64,000 bases of DNA, taken from Azolla caroliniana (Eukaryota > Plantae > Polypodiophyta). The position numbers and the translations under genes were made by a program. The stretch lies in NCBI GenBank assembly GCA_043228905.1, contig JBHGNT010000069.1, positions 62,001 to 126,000 of the forward strand. Reading direction: 5' to 3'. This document shows, piece by piece, positions 12,618 to 25,552 of this stretch. The first letter of the stretch is position 1. Each line of letters begins with the position of its first letter. A model generated the notes under the pieces. The model worked only from the letters and a program-made list of their open reading frames with translations. It was not told where the DNA came from and made no database searches.

Positions 12618-15600
12618 TATTAGAGGCATGAACTAATGTAAGCATTAGACAAGGATAGAATATATATAAATAGATAGAAAGGAGAGAGAGAGAAAGAAGG
12701 GTGTCGATCCACCCGACCACCCCCCAGCGAAGGAATCAAGACGGACTCGAGCCTCGATCAGCGTCCCATACCACCGTCGTGGCGTCGAGTCATACCTGGT
12801 GCTGGCGCGCTCGCTACAAGAGTTGACCCACCACAAGATAGAATCTCGACGTAGTCAACAAGATGATCAAATGAGGGTAGTTAGGCCTCTTATTTATAGT
12901 GATACCCAAGGCCCCCCATGCAAGTTCACACTTGGCCTAATGGGTTGTCTCAATCCTGAGGATTAAAAGTAATCCTCCCCTTCTTTACACTCTCATTTAA
13001 CCCTCACAGTTATCCACGTGTATAGAATACTACGGTAAATTCTCACTACGAGATATTATATGGTCATGCCCGTAACACACTCCCCCTCTTTAAAACATTG
13101 CACTCTTGCAATGGAAAGTTAGGGAAGTTAGTTCCGAGAGAATTTTCGCGTTCCCATGTGGCATCTTTTATTGATTTATCCATCCATTTATTTCCCCAAA
13201 GTTCGGAGCCCACGCCACCAGGCGGCGGCCTTACCCCCTAGTTCTCGGCCGACGTATGCAATCTTCGTACTATCTGGCGTGGGATAGAGCTCAAAATGAG
13301 ACTCCCATCGGCCCAACCACGTGCAAATTGCTTCTTCGGTTCTTTCCTTTTTTTCTCCCATAAATGGCTTAACGACAAACGATGTTTCACCCTATCGCTC
13401 ATCAAGTCTATTAGTCTCACGTTGTAAACTAATGACACGTGCCTTGAGAGCACTTTGAGATTGCTGAAGTTCGGTCATTTGTTGAGCGGTGAAACTAAGG
13501 TATTGGGTTATTTGTGAAAAATACATCTCAATGGACATTTGTCCAGGAGAATTTCCTTGAGTTCCTTCCGCTTGAGCGGATGACATCGGGTCGTTATTTT
13601 GAGCCATTGAATGATTATTTCTGGCAAAGAAATAGGATAAGGTCAGACAAATAGTCATAACATCATGTCGTGATGTAAACAAATCATGGACAAACATTAA
13701 TCGATATCATGATCTCACGTCAATACCCCTCTAGACGTATGAGATGAGGTTCAAGATCAGGTTACTATGGTAACACAAAGGTGTTTTAAAAACCACGGGG
13801 GTGACAAATTAATGTCTTTCCCTTATCTCTATATCGATTTTTTCATGGCGGCTCCCCGAGGCTCAACCATGTATGTTCGCGTCATGAATAGTTTATACAC
13901 GAAAAAAATGTTAACAATAAACTATGTTTCTGTGCCCACATATGTGGTTTCGGCTCTTTAAGTCCTATTGCAAGGACCCCGAAGTGTACTTAGACCTCAA
14001 ATCTAAACATGTGTTATAGTCATATGTATCAACGATGTTGTATGGTCTTGGTTATATTTGAACTCGAGACCTCGAGAACAAATGCATTAAACACTTGAGC
14101 CAACCAAGTAAGTTGCTCTTCTTGAATGTTTGATGTTTCATGCGTATAAGAGATATGCGAGGCATTTGCCCATATATGTTTTTTTAAAAGAAACACATAT
14201 GTCAAGAGTCCTTATTTCCCCCTCGTTTACTACAAAATATGTTGGTATGTTACTTAACCCCAAGTCTCGTAATTACGATAGCATACGCCAAAGTGCAACC
14301 TAATGGTCATGCCAAATGAGCCCTGTTTTTGCAGTAGACCAACGTGGCCTATCACATGGTTACGTCATTACGAATGCCTTTCGTAAGAATGATCTCATGG
14401 TGGCATCTTATCCATGTAACGAGGGAGGGATGTTGGATATGTGTGTCATAGGAGCGACCTACATGAAGTGGGTCAAGCCCTACGTTCTAACCTTCATTGT
14501 GGCTATAAGCATTTCTTTACGTAATAAAATCGAAGTCACCGACTGGAATGTCAACAATAAAAAATTGTTGAAAAAAGGGATGGTGACAACGTCATCCTCA
14601 CAAAAATGTGAGGACGGCCACCAAGATCCTTTCCCCGAAAAGGAAAACATTCGATACTAAAAGGAAATTGATAAATTCATAGTTTTTTGGGGGGGATGGA
14701 ATCTGTCTATCATTTGTAATCATATTTCTGAACTAAAAAAAAAACTGTGAATTTACCAATTCCCTATTAAAATCACGTAATAACTTATATATACATATGT
14801 ATATTATCACATGTATACGATCAAATACGTATACACGTGATCACATATGTGTATATTAAACAAATCGTTACATCAAATAGCCATAAATGATATAATCGAG
14901 ATACGTAATCGAGGCATATACCTCTACGCAAATGAAACATCCAAAAATAGGGGTTCATCGTAATACGCAATTGAGGTATTGACCTCTTACGCATACGACA
15001 CCAAACGCATATCATTTATAACGAAATTGAGGTATTGACCTCATACGCATACATAACATATGTACGTGAACGTAATACGCAATTGAGGTGTTAACCTCGT
15101 ACGCATACGACACTAATCACATATTATTTATATGTCAAATGAGGTATTGACCTCGTGCACATATGTAAACGTTTCATACAACCAATTAATTACCACTACA
15201 ACATCATTAAATTAATGAAAACAATTACATATAGACTATACACATGATTAGATGGGAGAAGAAAAAATAGAAAAAATAAAATAAGGAAAGCGTTACCGAA
15301 GTTCCTTTGTTGATCGTTGTCTAGATCAAGGCCGACCGCACATCGATCGATCACCATCAATCAACAAAACAAAAGACAACAAAAGAAACATTAGAACATA
15401 GGCTCTAATACCAACTATTAGAGACATGAACTAATGTAAGCATTAGACAAGGATAGAATATATATAAATAGATAGAAAGGAGAGAGAGAAAGAAGGGTGC
15501 CGATCCACCCGACCACCCCCGAGCGAAGGAATCGAGACGGACTCGAGCCTCGATCGGCGTCCCATACCACCGTCGTGGCATCCAGTCGTACCTGGTGCTG

Positions 15601-15872
15601 GCGCGCTCGCTACAAGAGTTGACCCACCCCAAGACAGAGTCTCAAAGTAGTCAACAAGATGATCAAATGAGGGTAGTTAGGCCTCTTATTTATAGCGATA
15701 CCCAAGGCCCCCAAGCAAGTTCACACTTGGCCTAATGGGTTGTCTCAATCATGAGGATTAAAAGTAATCCTCCCCTTCTTTACACTCTCGTTTAACCCTC
15801 ACAGTTATCCATGTGTATAGAATACTACGGTAAATTCTCACCATGGGATATTATATGGTCATGCCCGTAACA
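12618..15872 (-). mobile_element. Non-autonomous internal-deletion derivative of the Ty3/gypsy chromovirus family
   Basis: LTRs at 12618-13077 and 15416-15872. TSD CACCT at 12613-12617 and 15873-15877. tRNA-iMet-type PBS at 15401-15413 and PPT at about 13080-13093. A gag 5' fragment ([15 protein letters not shown]) is fused at about 13190 to the chromodomain-encoding tail. Confidence 0.95.
14661..14767. mobile_element. Small MITE nested in the leader of the deleted LTR element
   Basis: Absent from the homologous position (about 37614-37620) of the intact copy. Imperfect TIRs GGAAATTGATAAATTCATAGT / ACTGTGAATTTACCAATTCCC. TAA on both sides (14658-14660, 14768-14770). Confidence 0.7.
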
Positions 15873-16399
15873 CACCTAGATACCCACACTTGCCAAACTG
15901 TAAGGCCGACCACTAATAACCATATGTCCACGTATTGTTCCTGTATGTAGAATGAACCTCCTTGCGTTGAAGGTTGTACAGCTCCTTGCATTACCTTTAA
16001 AGAAGGATTATTTCCTATCCCCCCTTGAAAACCACGCAACCGATTCAGTGGCCACCCAAGTGACTGTTGCGCTCGATACATGAACATCAACCCCGAATAG
16101 AGCCAAGATTCTTAAGCTCCTCGTCCAAACTTTTTGGGCTTGTGGGCAGCTCCACAATTACTTAGCAATTCTATATCTAATCAAGACATGTTTTATGTTT
16201 CTTATTTGGTGGTTATGTATTTAGTTAAGTCGAATATATTTCTTAATTGTGGAGTATTTAGGTGTGTGTTGTCGTTATTTTAAATTAAGAAACCCTCAAG
16301 GCTTCCTCAATTGCATGGAGTAGTGAGGTAAGTGCTTTATGATGTTGATGCATGGAATGGGATTTGTCATTGGGGAGTGTCACAATCCCTTGGTTAGTG

Positions 16400-17900
16400 C
16401 ACCATGAGGAAGGCAACTTTTGAAGACTTCGTAGTCACCCTTGGGTGTGCAACATTGTAATGTATGAGTCATGTTGGCTTTTAGAGAAACTCAACTCACT
16501 TGAACCTTTGGATTAGACAAAGATAAAGCTACGATAATTGAGGAGAGAGATTCAAGGAAGAAATCATTGGCTCTACAAATGAAGAGATCAAGAAATAAGT
16601 GGCCAAATGGGGGAGTGTCTTGTCTGGTATGTACTTAACACCCTTTGCCACAAGTTACTTCAACTCAACCTTTGAACATAATGGGTTTTTGGATTAGAAG
16701 CCAACCAATACTATGTATCATAGACTATTATGTAATCATGCTTAGTTACATATGCAAGTGTCAAAATGTTTGGAAAATGAGAAAGATGGGGCCTCAAAGG
16801 CCAAACATTTTTTAGAGTGGGTGGCATCATGGTCTCCCTTTTTGGGAATAAAGTATTCATTTGGCGGCTTATTGTCAACAATTTGCCAATGCCAATGCCT
16901 TACAAATATGGCAAATGAGAAAGATAAAGGCATGGTGGCTATGAGTCAGTGATAAAGGGTTCCACTACCATATGTTTTTAAGGTAATGTGTCATGTGGTG
17001 AGTTATGGTTACCATGGCTTACAAAAGTGATATAATTGCAATGGCATGTCCTTCTAATGTCTCCTCAATACATGACATTGAGAGTTTCTTTGTTTTTCAA
17101 TAGGTTGACACATTTTTTCATATTTATGCTTCGTATGGTTTCCCTTGACAATTATTTGCCTAGGGGAGGACTTGTATATCATCTTGAAAGTATATTTGTG
17201 TTTTTAAATCAATTTGATTTTGCTAGTCATGGTATCATTGGGGCCTGGGGTGTGTGAAATACATTCCATTTTTATGGAAAACATGGCTTTGTTGAACCTT
17301 TTTTTCCATTATTTGTCATTAAATGCAATCTTAGTTAGAAAGTGCATATTCCTTGGCTATTTGCATCTGTGCAATGTTATGAATACCTACAACACGATGG
17401 GGAATGGTTTATTTTCAGGCAAACCATATTCTATTGTCGATGTAACATTTCCTTTATGAACCAACTTTCCTCTACACCATCAATAATAGTGTCATAGGGC
17501 TTTTCAATGGAGATCTAAGTACTTATTTGTATAACCCAATCACTCACAAAAAATATACTTCATTGTTGGGTAGATTTCATATGTACCAACATTTTGTGTT
17601 GTGCATTGATGCCTATATTATTCTTAAATATTTAGGTGAGCTTGTTAGGACATGTCTTTAACTCGGTGCAAATGGCATGGATGATGTGTTCATGTACATA
17701 CTTTGGCCTAGGATGAGTTACACAACTAAAAGGGTGTGTGAGCATAGGGTTAATGTGTTTTGAGATTCCCATTTGAACGATATTAAGAAACTAAAGATAA
17801 TGTACGAGTCTTCTTTAGGGTGGGGATTTATCACGATAGGAATTTTGCTTGTATTATATTCAGATTAAAGATGAGGATTCATATGAATGGTTATTGATAA
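16400..17900 (+). mobile_element. Possible highly degraded LINE ORF2 remnant
   Basis: Only scattered motif-like fragments (LD.DKA near 16510, NHILLS near 17420, KYLG near 17625); no open frame. Confidence 0.3.
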
Positions 17901-18406
17901 GGAGAGAGAGTTACTCAACCATGTGCATTACCCAAACTAACATCCTAATATCCCTTATAACGATAGGCATTGATTATGAAATGAATCCTTTGAGCAACCA
18001 ATCTTATTCATGCGAATGATGATGTGATTTGCAAAAGTTAGTTGCCATTGGCATGTTATTCATTGTTGGTGTTGCTAGTAGATATATAGTGAGAATTTAG
18101 GAAGCTTGAATACTTGTGCTTTGATTGTTGGGCCTTTTTTTATCGAGGGGAAGAATCAACGTGCTAATTCATGTTAGAAGCAAAATGGTCAATTAAAAAT
18201 GATAAGAGTCTATAATTGAAAAACAACTAAGCAAAACAAATTATCAAGTTACTTGAAGCAGCTTGGTAATGTATTACTACATTAAATTATTAGGGTATTA
18301 TAGACTTAATTTCCTTAGTGAAACATAGGGACAAACTCATGATAGACCAATGTGGAGATGTCTCTATAGCAAGAAAAGTGTCTAGTATTTGTAAATGTGT
18401 TCCTTG

Positions 18407-19110
18407 TATTTTTTTTTTCCCAAAAAAACATCTACTTCCATTAGTTAAGAATGTACAAAGGAATCATTTACAACTCATATCTTACAAGACATCTTGCATG
18501 TCAAAGAAAAACAATGTGTAGATGAAACAACATAAAAAAAACAACTCCAAAACACCACATCATTCTATGTGTATAGCATTACTCGAACACATATTCTCCA
18601 CGTGAGCCTCATACAAAACAGAATTCAGCATAGATGTCCTCCATTTGCTCCTCATGGCAGCACCCATCTAGATGTTAGGAACACTTGGAGGGAACAGCCA
18701 CCGCGGTGGTTGATAATTCCACTTCACTTTACCATCCAGTATCTGCAGCATCGGCGAACCGCTCCATTTCCGAAGGAATCGAGCTCTAGCTTCTTCACTT
18801 GCATCAGATGGCCCTTGAAGACTTTCAAACTCACCTCGCAACGTAGAAATAAGATTAAACCAGATCATCATTAAATTCTCAGCCGGTGGGGTTCGTTTAC
18901 CTGCGAGGGTCTCCTTGCACCGAGATACCCACACTTGCCAGACCGTAAGGCCGACCACTAATACCCATATGTCCACGTAGCGTTCCTGTAAGAAGAATAA
19001 ACCTCCTTGCGTTGCTGGTTGCACAGATCCTTGCTTCACCATTAAAGAAGGATTGTTTCCACAATGCCTTCAAAAGGGGAATACTATCATTTTTAACCAT
19101 TAGGTGACTT
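18407..19110 (-). mobile_element. 5'-truncated LINE 3' end (copy B)
   Basis: ORF 18668-19042 (VWQVWVSRC...KVKWNYQPPRWLFPP) resembles a plant L1 ORF2 C-terminus, followed by a ~250 bp 3' UTR and an oligo-A tail (T-run about 18408-18418). Homologous to copy A. Confidence 0.75.
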
Positions 19111-20285
19111 TGTGGCAAAGAGGAGAGATAGAGAAGAAGCATTGGTCACAACTATTTAGAATAAGAGAGGTTAAATTTGCAAGTTATATGAATTAATGTT
19201 GGATCTCATCATTCCAAGATAGCATTGCACAAAGGCCAAAGGAGCATCACAAATTTATGATGAGAATCATCACCCATGCCCACCTCGACATTGAAATTTG
19301 GAAGTATAAAACATAATGTTTACGAAAGCTAACAATAAAAAATAGTTGCCTAGTGATATACGTATACTTTGTTAATGTCAACTTGACAACCACTACACTT
19401 GCATGCTTATCACATTTTGCCATTGACTTTGTTTCCTTCTTAATGTTGGGTTGATCCATGGCATTGACGAGGTTTTAAAGTAAAAGGCACAATCCATAAA
19501 ATCTACAAATAAGAGCACAATGATGGGACGAGCAACATCATTCTCGATGTAAATTGCAGTCGTTACAATGGCAATAACTTTTGTGAGTTGATGCATGCAT
19601 GTTTCTAGTGTATTTCCATTTTGTTATAGAGGGCATTGTAAGTGCAATCTTGTGTATGATATATGGATATATGTATGGACAAGGGCATGATGAGCCAAGT
19701 GTCAATCGTGCTCAACTTAGAGCTAGAGGGCGAGGCGAGATTGGATAAGACTGTGCACCTTATGTGCTCCCTCCTCAAGAACCACGACGATAAGTGAAGA
19801 ATGGCCACCATGTATGCCATCTTAGGCAAGGTAGCAATGTTGAAAACATATTGGTTGCTCCTTGCTCGATTCATGGAATGTCTGCCGTGCTCACCAATTT
19901 GTCTCGAGGCCACATGAAGAAGGTGGGAGGTATGACAGGCATTGTAAGCATAGTGAGGTACAAGCAGAGTTGTATCGCAAACAGACGAGACGGGACAAGA
20001 CAGGACAAAACAGGGCCATGAGTACACACGATAGAATGTCCGACAAACGTGTGAGACAATGTTAAAGAGCCATGATCCATCCATGGTACTAGTGAAATCC
20101 TAATTTAGTTAAAGAAAATTATTGTTGGTGAATGAAACCCCCCGTGTCGTTTTGTTGCCGTGTGAAAGAAACCCTAGCAAAACCTCGGGCATTTCTGGCT
20201 ATGGCGACTCTCTCCTTCGCCTTCTTCCTCTGACACAATCGATCGCTTCATCGTCCTGTCTCGCATCTTCCCTTCCTTCTTAGCG

Positions 20286-23200
20286 ATGGCACTACTTCAT
20301 CGTCTCGCTCGCCAGACCTTGATCTTTCGTCGCCTCTCGCATCCTAGCCCCCTCCCTTTCTCCACTGACAGAAACCCTAACCCTAATTCCAATAAACGAG
20401 AAGAAGAAGAAGAAGCAGGTTTTTCTATACCTATCGTCTCTTACGAGCCATTACCGGAGGATGGATCAATTCCTCCTCCTCCTCGCAGGCGAGACAGAAG
20501 AGACGATATAATTATTTCTGCAGACGCGATAGCCGCAGACAGAGAGCTTTCTCCAAGCTTCTCCTCAAGTGTTATACCTGCTGCGTACGAGGTTAAGCCG
20601 AAAGTTGCTCCACTTCCTGAGTATAGACCTCAGGAAGAAGAACAGGTTTCTTCTATTGACAGGAAAACCCCTGGTCGGCCTAAGATTCCAAGATTCCATA
20701 GCTTCGTTGCAGAAGATGACCTTAATATACCTTTGCCGTCCAAAGTGAAGGTTGAGACCAAGCCTCGCCCTGATCCAATCAGTCTGGTTGAAGCTATTCG
20801 CCAAGTCAAGGTACCTTTCGTTTGTATGTCTTATATAGATGCTTGTTTTATTATGCGTCGAACTGGTGATGGAAAGAGTTGCTTGGTAAGGACTCAGAAT
20901 GTATCCAGAAATAATGGGAAAGAGGTTTATATGTAAGGATTCTTAGATGAATGTAAAAATGACGATGTGGAGGGCATGTATAAGGATTCTTGGATGTTAT
21001 AGCAATGATGATGTGAAAAAGGTTATTTGATAGAGGATTCTAGTATGTACATAGACGTGGTACTGGAAATGAGGTTCATTGCAAGAAAAGGTTATTGGAC
21101 GTAAGTAGAAGTTGTGATGGGAAATATGTTATTTTTAAGGATTTTTCTATGTATGTACAAATGTTCACTTTTTTATCATATTTTTGCAAAGGTTGACCTT
21201 GTGATCCGTCTGTGTTTCACTCTATAACAAAGTTATTAAGATATGATTAGCACAGGGGCCAGAGGTGTTACTCAATTGAATGGAGGGGCTTTCTCCAAAC
21301 CCAAAATAAGCCTTCCAGTTTATTTGTGTTCGGCTTTGTTTGACGGGCAGGTGTGTGTATCTGCAAATTGCATGAGGCACGGCATACATGCACCCACCTT
21401 TAATATCAATGCCAGAGATTTGACTCTATTTAAAGGATTATTTCTTGAGATGAGGCCCTACATATGAAGTGAGGTTTATCCATGTCCCACGGATGCTATA
21501 AAAGGGAAACACTTGGTGTTACCTTTGAAAATGCTAGTGCTGTGATTAATGCAGAACCATACAATTGCCACAAAGAGGGAGTGTGTATCTGCAAATTGCA
21601 TGAGGCACGGCATACATGCACCCACCTTTAATATCAATGCCAGAGATTTGACTCTATTTAAAGGATTATTTCTTGAGATGAGGCCCTACATATGAAGTGA
21701 GGTTTATCCATGTCCCACGGATGCTATAAAAGGGAAACACTTGGTGTTACCTTTGAAAATGCTAGTGCTGTGATTAATGCAGAACCATACAATTGCCACA
21801 AAGAGGGAGTGCAACTTTCAAGGTTACTGAGAGGAATGTACAATAGGGTAAATGGCTAATATATATTGCAATGAACTCTCAAGTTTATTGCCAGAGTTCA
21901 GACCCTAGTCCTCTGGCCTATGCCTGTTTATATGATCCACCATGTGCCAATGATCTTATCAATGGTATTCACAGATCCTCTAATGTATAAAAAACTGTAT
22001 TCTGGTAGCATTCTTGAACTTGACAAGCACTTGCACACTCTTCATGGATAAAATCTTCTCTTATGTTTTACATATCAGGAAAAAGCAAAAGCTAAGTTTG
22101 ATGAAACTGTTGAAGCTGCGATTCGGCTGGGCATAGATCCAAAACGATCTGATCAGGTTTTACTACTTTCCGATGATTAACTTCAGACCATTGGTGCAGT
22201 TTGAATTTGATCAAGAAACATGGTCAACGCAAAACATTTCTTTTTTACAGCTAGTTCGAGGTGCGGCTACTCTACCACGCGGTAGAGGGAAGGTTTGCTG
22301 CCTGAACCTTACATGGATAATTCTCCATCATGTGTGCATTGAAGATTAATGCTGATAATCTTTGTGCATTCTTTGCAATAGACTGTGAGGGTGGCGGTGT
22401 TCGCAGAAGATGATGAAGCTGAAGAAGCAAGATCTGCTGGTGCAGACCTTGTTGGAGCTGAAGAGCTTATTGATAAGATACTGCAAAGTAAGGAATTCTT
22501 ACCTTTGGAACCTCAATTTAGCTACTGTATTTTGTCTTTACCAGGGCAGTTATATAACAGATGATTGTGCTGTGGCACAGAAAATCTTCAGGTGGCGGCA
22601 AGCTTGAGTTTGACAAATGTTTGGCTACCCCTGCAATGATGCCCAGGCTTAGCAAGGTAAGTATGTGCTTAATGTTTTGCAGTGGCGTTTCTAAAAGTCT
22701 ATGCCACTGTATGCCAAATTGAGTTACATTAGATATCGGATGCAAAATTAAGAGTGTTGAAGTGCTTTATTCGCTGTTGTATAATCTCACAAAGTCAATT
22801 TAGTGTCTTTATCCCTGATGTTGAATTGTTGTTGGCACAGCTGAGAAATATGTGCTTTTGGTATTAGCAGTCTCCAATATTATGTCTTCTGAATTTTCTT
22901 TTGAAGGGAGTTTGTTTGCAAGAGCTGTATGTTCTTGGTTGATTTGTTTCTGATATATATTTTTACTAACTTCATGCCATGTGCAGGTTGCTCGGATTCT
23001 GGGACCACGAGGTTTGATGCCTAATCCAAAGGTGAATATTTATATAGTTTGACAGTATTATTTTGTCATCTGTCTATTGCATTGCTATGTTGAAACGTTT
23101 CGGTCCTACACAAATGCGATTGAAGTCTAACTTATGATTGTCAAGGAAGGATAAAGAAGTAGTAAAAAAATACTGGAGTTCTCATTGAGAATGTGTTCTC

Positions 23201-24620
23201 ACGTACGTGCAATATCGATTATCATTTATGCTTGTCTTATTTATTGGGGGTCTGTTTTTCGTTGGCATAGAAGCTTAGAAACATAGAATCTAGTCCGGAG
23301 TGGCTATGATCCCCCAACATAACATGCATAATGCCTTGGCTAACATGCAGAAATGTATACCATGATTTCTCCATTCCTTTAAATCACTAGAGCTGAAGCT
23401 GTGGTCAAGGACCATGAGAATAATCGGGGAAAGTTCAAGGAGACCTGAGGGATTTTCTGAAGTGAAGACTTCATGACGGGATGATAGATAAAGGTACAGT
23501 CCAATGCATATAGAGACATATGGTGTATTGCATTAGGCAAACACAGCTTGAGGCTATTTAACATATGTGCTATCCCTGTCATATTTTTCATCAAATATAT
23601 TGATGCAAATCGCTGAAGGTTCGATTAAATGTGATGTGACCTATCTTGAGATTTTTTTAGTAAAATGGAAACTTAGGTTCCTTAAAGTAGGCGTTTCTAA
23701 ATGAAGGTGATATGGAAGGAAAACATTAAGGTCAGAACATTGAAGCATACAAGATAAAACATACATATAGGTCGTACGCAAATTTGGAAATTTACTTTAT
23801 GGAAAATTTCTTTTATGCTTTTTTGTAATAGGTTTTGTTCCAGTTTAATTGCATTTACATCATGTTGATGGCATCTCCTTTTATTGTTGAATGTTACTTT
23901 GTAGGTTGGTACTGTGACGAAGGACGTAGCTAAGTCAGTAAGAAGTCTGAAGGAAGGTAGAGTAGATTTTCGAGCAGATAAGACTGGAATTGTACATGCA
24001 GGAATTGGAAAGGTGCGGTTTCAATTTGTTTAGTGAAGTGCATATTTTTATCTATACTCTTGTGGTACACATTCATTATATATTTTCATTCTAAGCATTA
24101 CTAATGGCTAATTAATCCACCATGAGGGATTGAGGCTGTGAAGAGAATGTGTATAATTTTTACCAGTTGCTATTGACATTAATTTTTGGAAGAACAATAT
24201 TTAATAGGTGAGTTTCAATGAGGATGCTTTGCAAGAAAACATCGCAGCATTTGCAAATGCTGTTCTTGCTGCCAAACCTGCAGGTTTAAAAAAGAGTAAG
24301 TAGTAAAAGAAAACATGGGTTCACCCTTACATATCTCTCAACCTTTGTTGCACTTGTGAAGTTGGTATACTTACATTTTGAGTACACAACTGTTTGCAGC
24401 CTCAAAATATGCAGGATATATGCTCACTTTCACAATATCGTCAACGGTAATGACAAAGAACTTACAATATGTGCATAAGCTTTTATGATTACTAATAGTT
24501 GAACATTATTTTGATTATATATTTCCATAATTTCAGATGGGCCCAGGGATTCGAGTAGCAATACCTTCTATTTCACAAGCTGTTGATAACTATTCAAAGA
24601 TGTTGGGTGTCCCTCAATAG
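20286..24620 (+). CDS. RPL1: Ribosomal protein L1 (uL1), mitochondrial-type, 10 exons
   Basis: Exons approx 20286-20810, 22079-22156, 22251-22292, 22382-22487, 22592-22656, 22987-23031, 23905-24012, 24208-24295, 24400-24446, 24537-24620, with GT-AG introns. Peptides [57 protein letters not shown]. Arg-rich N-terminal presequence. Confidence 0.93.
21353..21811. repeat. Near-perfect 228 bp tandem duplication in RPL1 intron 1
   Basis: GTGTGTATCTGCAAATTG...CAAAGAGGGA repeated with period 228; GTG microhomology at the junction. Confidence 0.92.
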
Positions 24621-25269
24621 GGAAATATAAAATAATTCACTGGACTACTGCTACATTGATTGAGGCTCTATTCCTCCAAAGTGACAAAATTGGATTACTT
24701 TTTTGTTGAGGAGTTTCTCATAAGTGTGTCACAGTTCTAATGGCCCGCTTAGGTTCTACTTTATTTGAATAAATTGACTACAGTGTCATGTAATTCTAGT
24801 GTTGTATTGCTTTGTGTTAGTACAATCAGAGGTTCAAGCAACATGTCAGAAGTCTGTATAATGCTGGAATTTATGACAAGAGACCTGAGCAATATAACAA
24901 GGTAATGCTAGTAATTATATGAGAAACAATTTGTACTAACTCTTATCTACAAGCAGTTTTCGGTGACATGGAAATTGGGAGGAATCAAGCCAAAATTTAG
25001 GAAGAGATATGCTGTGTTATTTTCATGAACATTATCAGTTGCAATTTATCTATTAAATTGGGGCTTTTCTTCTTCATCTTCTTCTCTGGTATGTAAACGA
25101 AGAGTCGTGGTTTGTGTATAAGGATGTTTATTTGAACATGCTCATTTCCAGATCATATTTTACATTTTCATTTTGTAATGCCAAGTTAAAATTTGACCAG
25201 CATTTGGTAACACTAAGTTTCAGTTATGATATAATCCACTGTGCCTGCCCTTGATGAAAGATATAAATA

Positions 25270-25552
25270 GGGAAAAGTACCAAGATACCCCTAGAAGTTC
25301 GTCTATTTACCAAAATGCCCCTAAAAGTTCCAAATTTACCAAACTACCCCTATGTCCAAAAAAAATACTTTATAAAGTAATTATACACTCAAATCTTTGG
25401 TAAATAGGGCTAGTTCGAGTCCATTTCTTCCATCTTTGATAAATAGGGCTTCTAGATTTGAGTGCATAATTACTTTATAAAGTGTAATTTTTTGGACATA
25501 GGGGTAGTTTGGTAAATAGACGAACTTCTAGGGGTATCCTGGTACTTTTCCC
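25270..25552. mobile_element. Foldback MITE, Mutator-like (long TIRs starting GGGAAAAGTACC)
   Basis: Arms of about 100-125 bp, GGGAAAAGTACC...CACTCAAATCT / AGATTTGAGTG...GGTACTTTTCCC. Flanks ATATAAATA and TATAAAATA fit a slightly mutated ~9 bp TSD. Confidence 0.85.

Larger units (their letters stand above)
12103..16090 (-). mobile_element. 5'-truncated LINE 3' end (copy A), split by the LTR element into 12103-12617 and 15873-~16090
   Basis: Co-linear with 18407-19110 once 12618-15872 is removed (CTCCTTGCACC|TAGATACCCACACTTGCC). T-rich tail on the plus strand at about 12103-12119. Confidence 0.75.

Noticed and set aside
19247-20084. Cluster of 67-159 aa ORFs upstream of RPL1
   Set aside because: No recognisable domain or splice structure; possibly decayed TE or gene sequence, which cannot be supported without a search.
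9398-24620. L12 and L1 adjacency as a relic of the bacterial rplKAJL cluster
   Set aside because: Opposite strands, 10 kb apart, different apparent target organelles, and no L10 or L11; probably coincidence.
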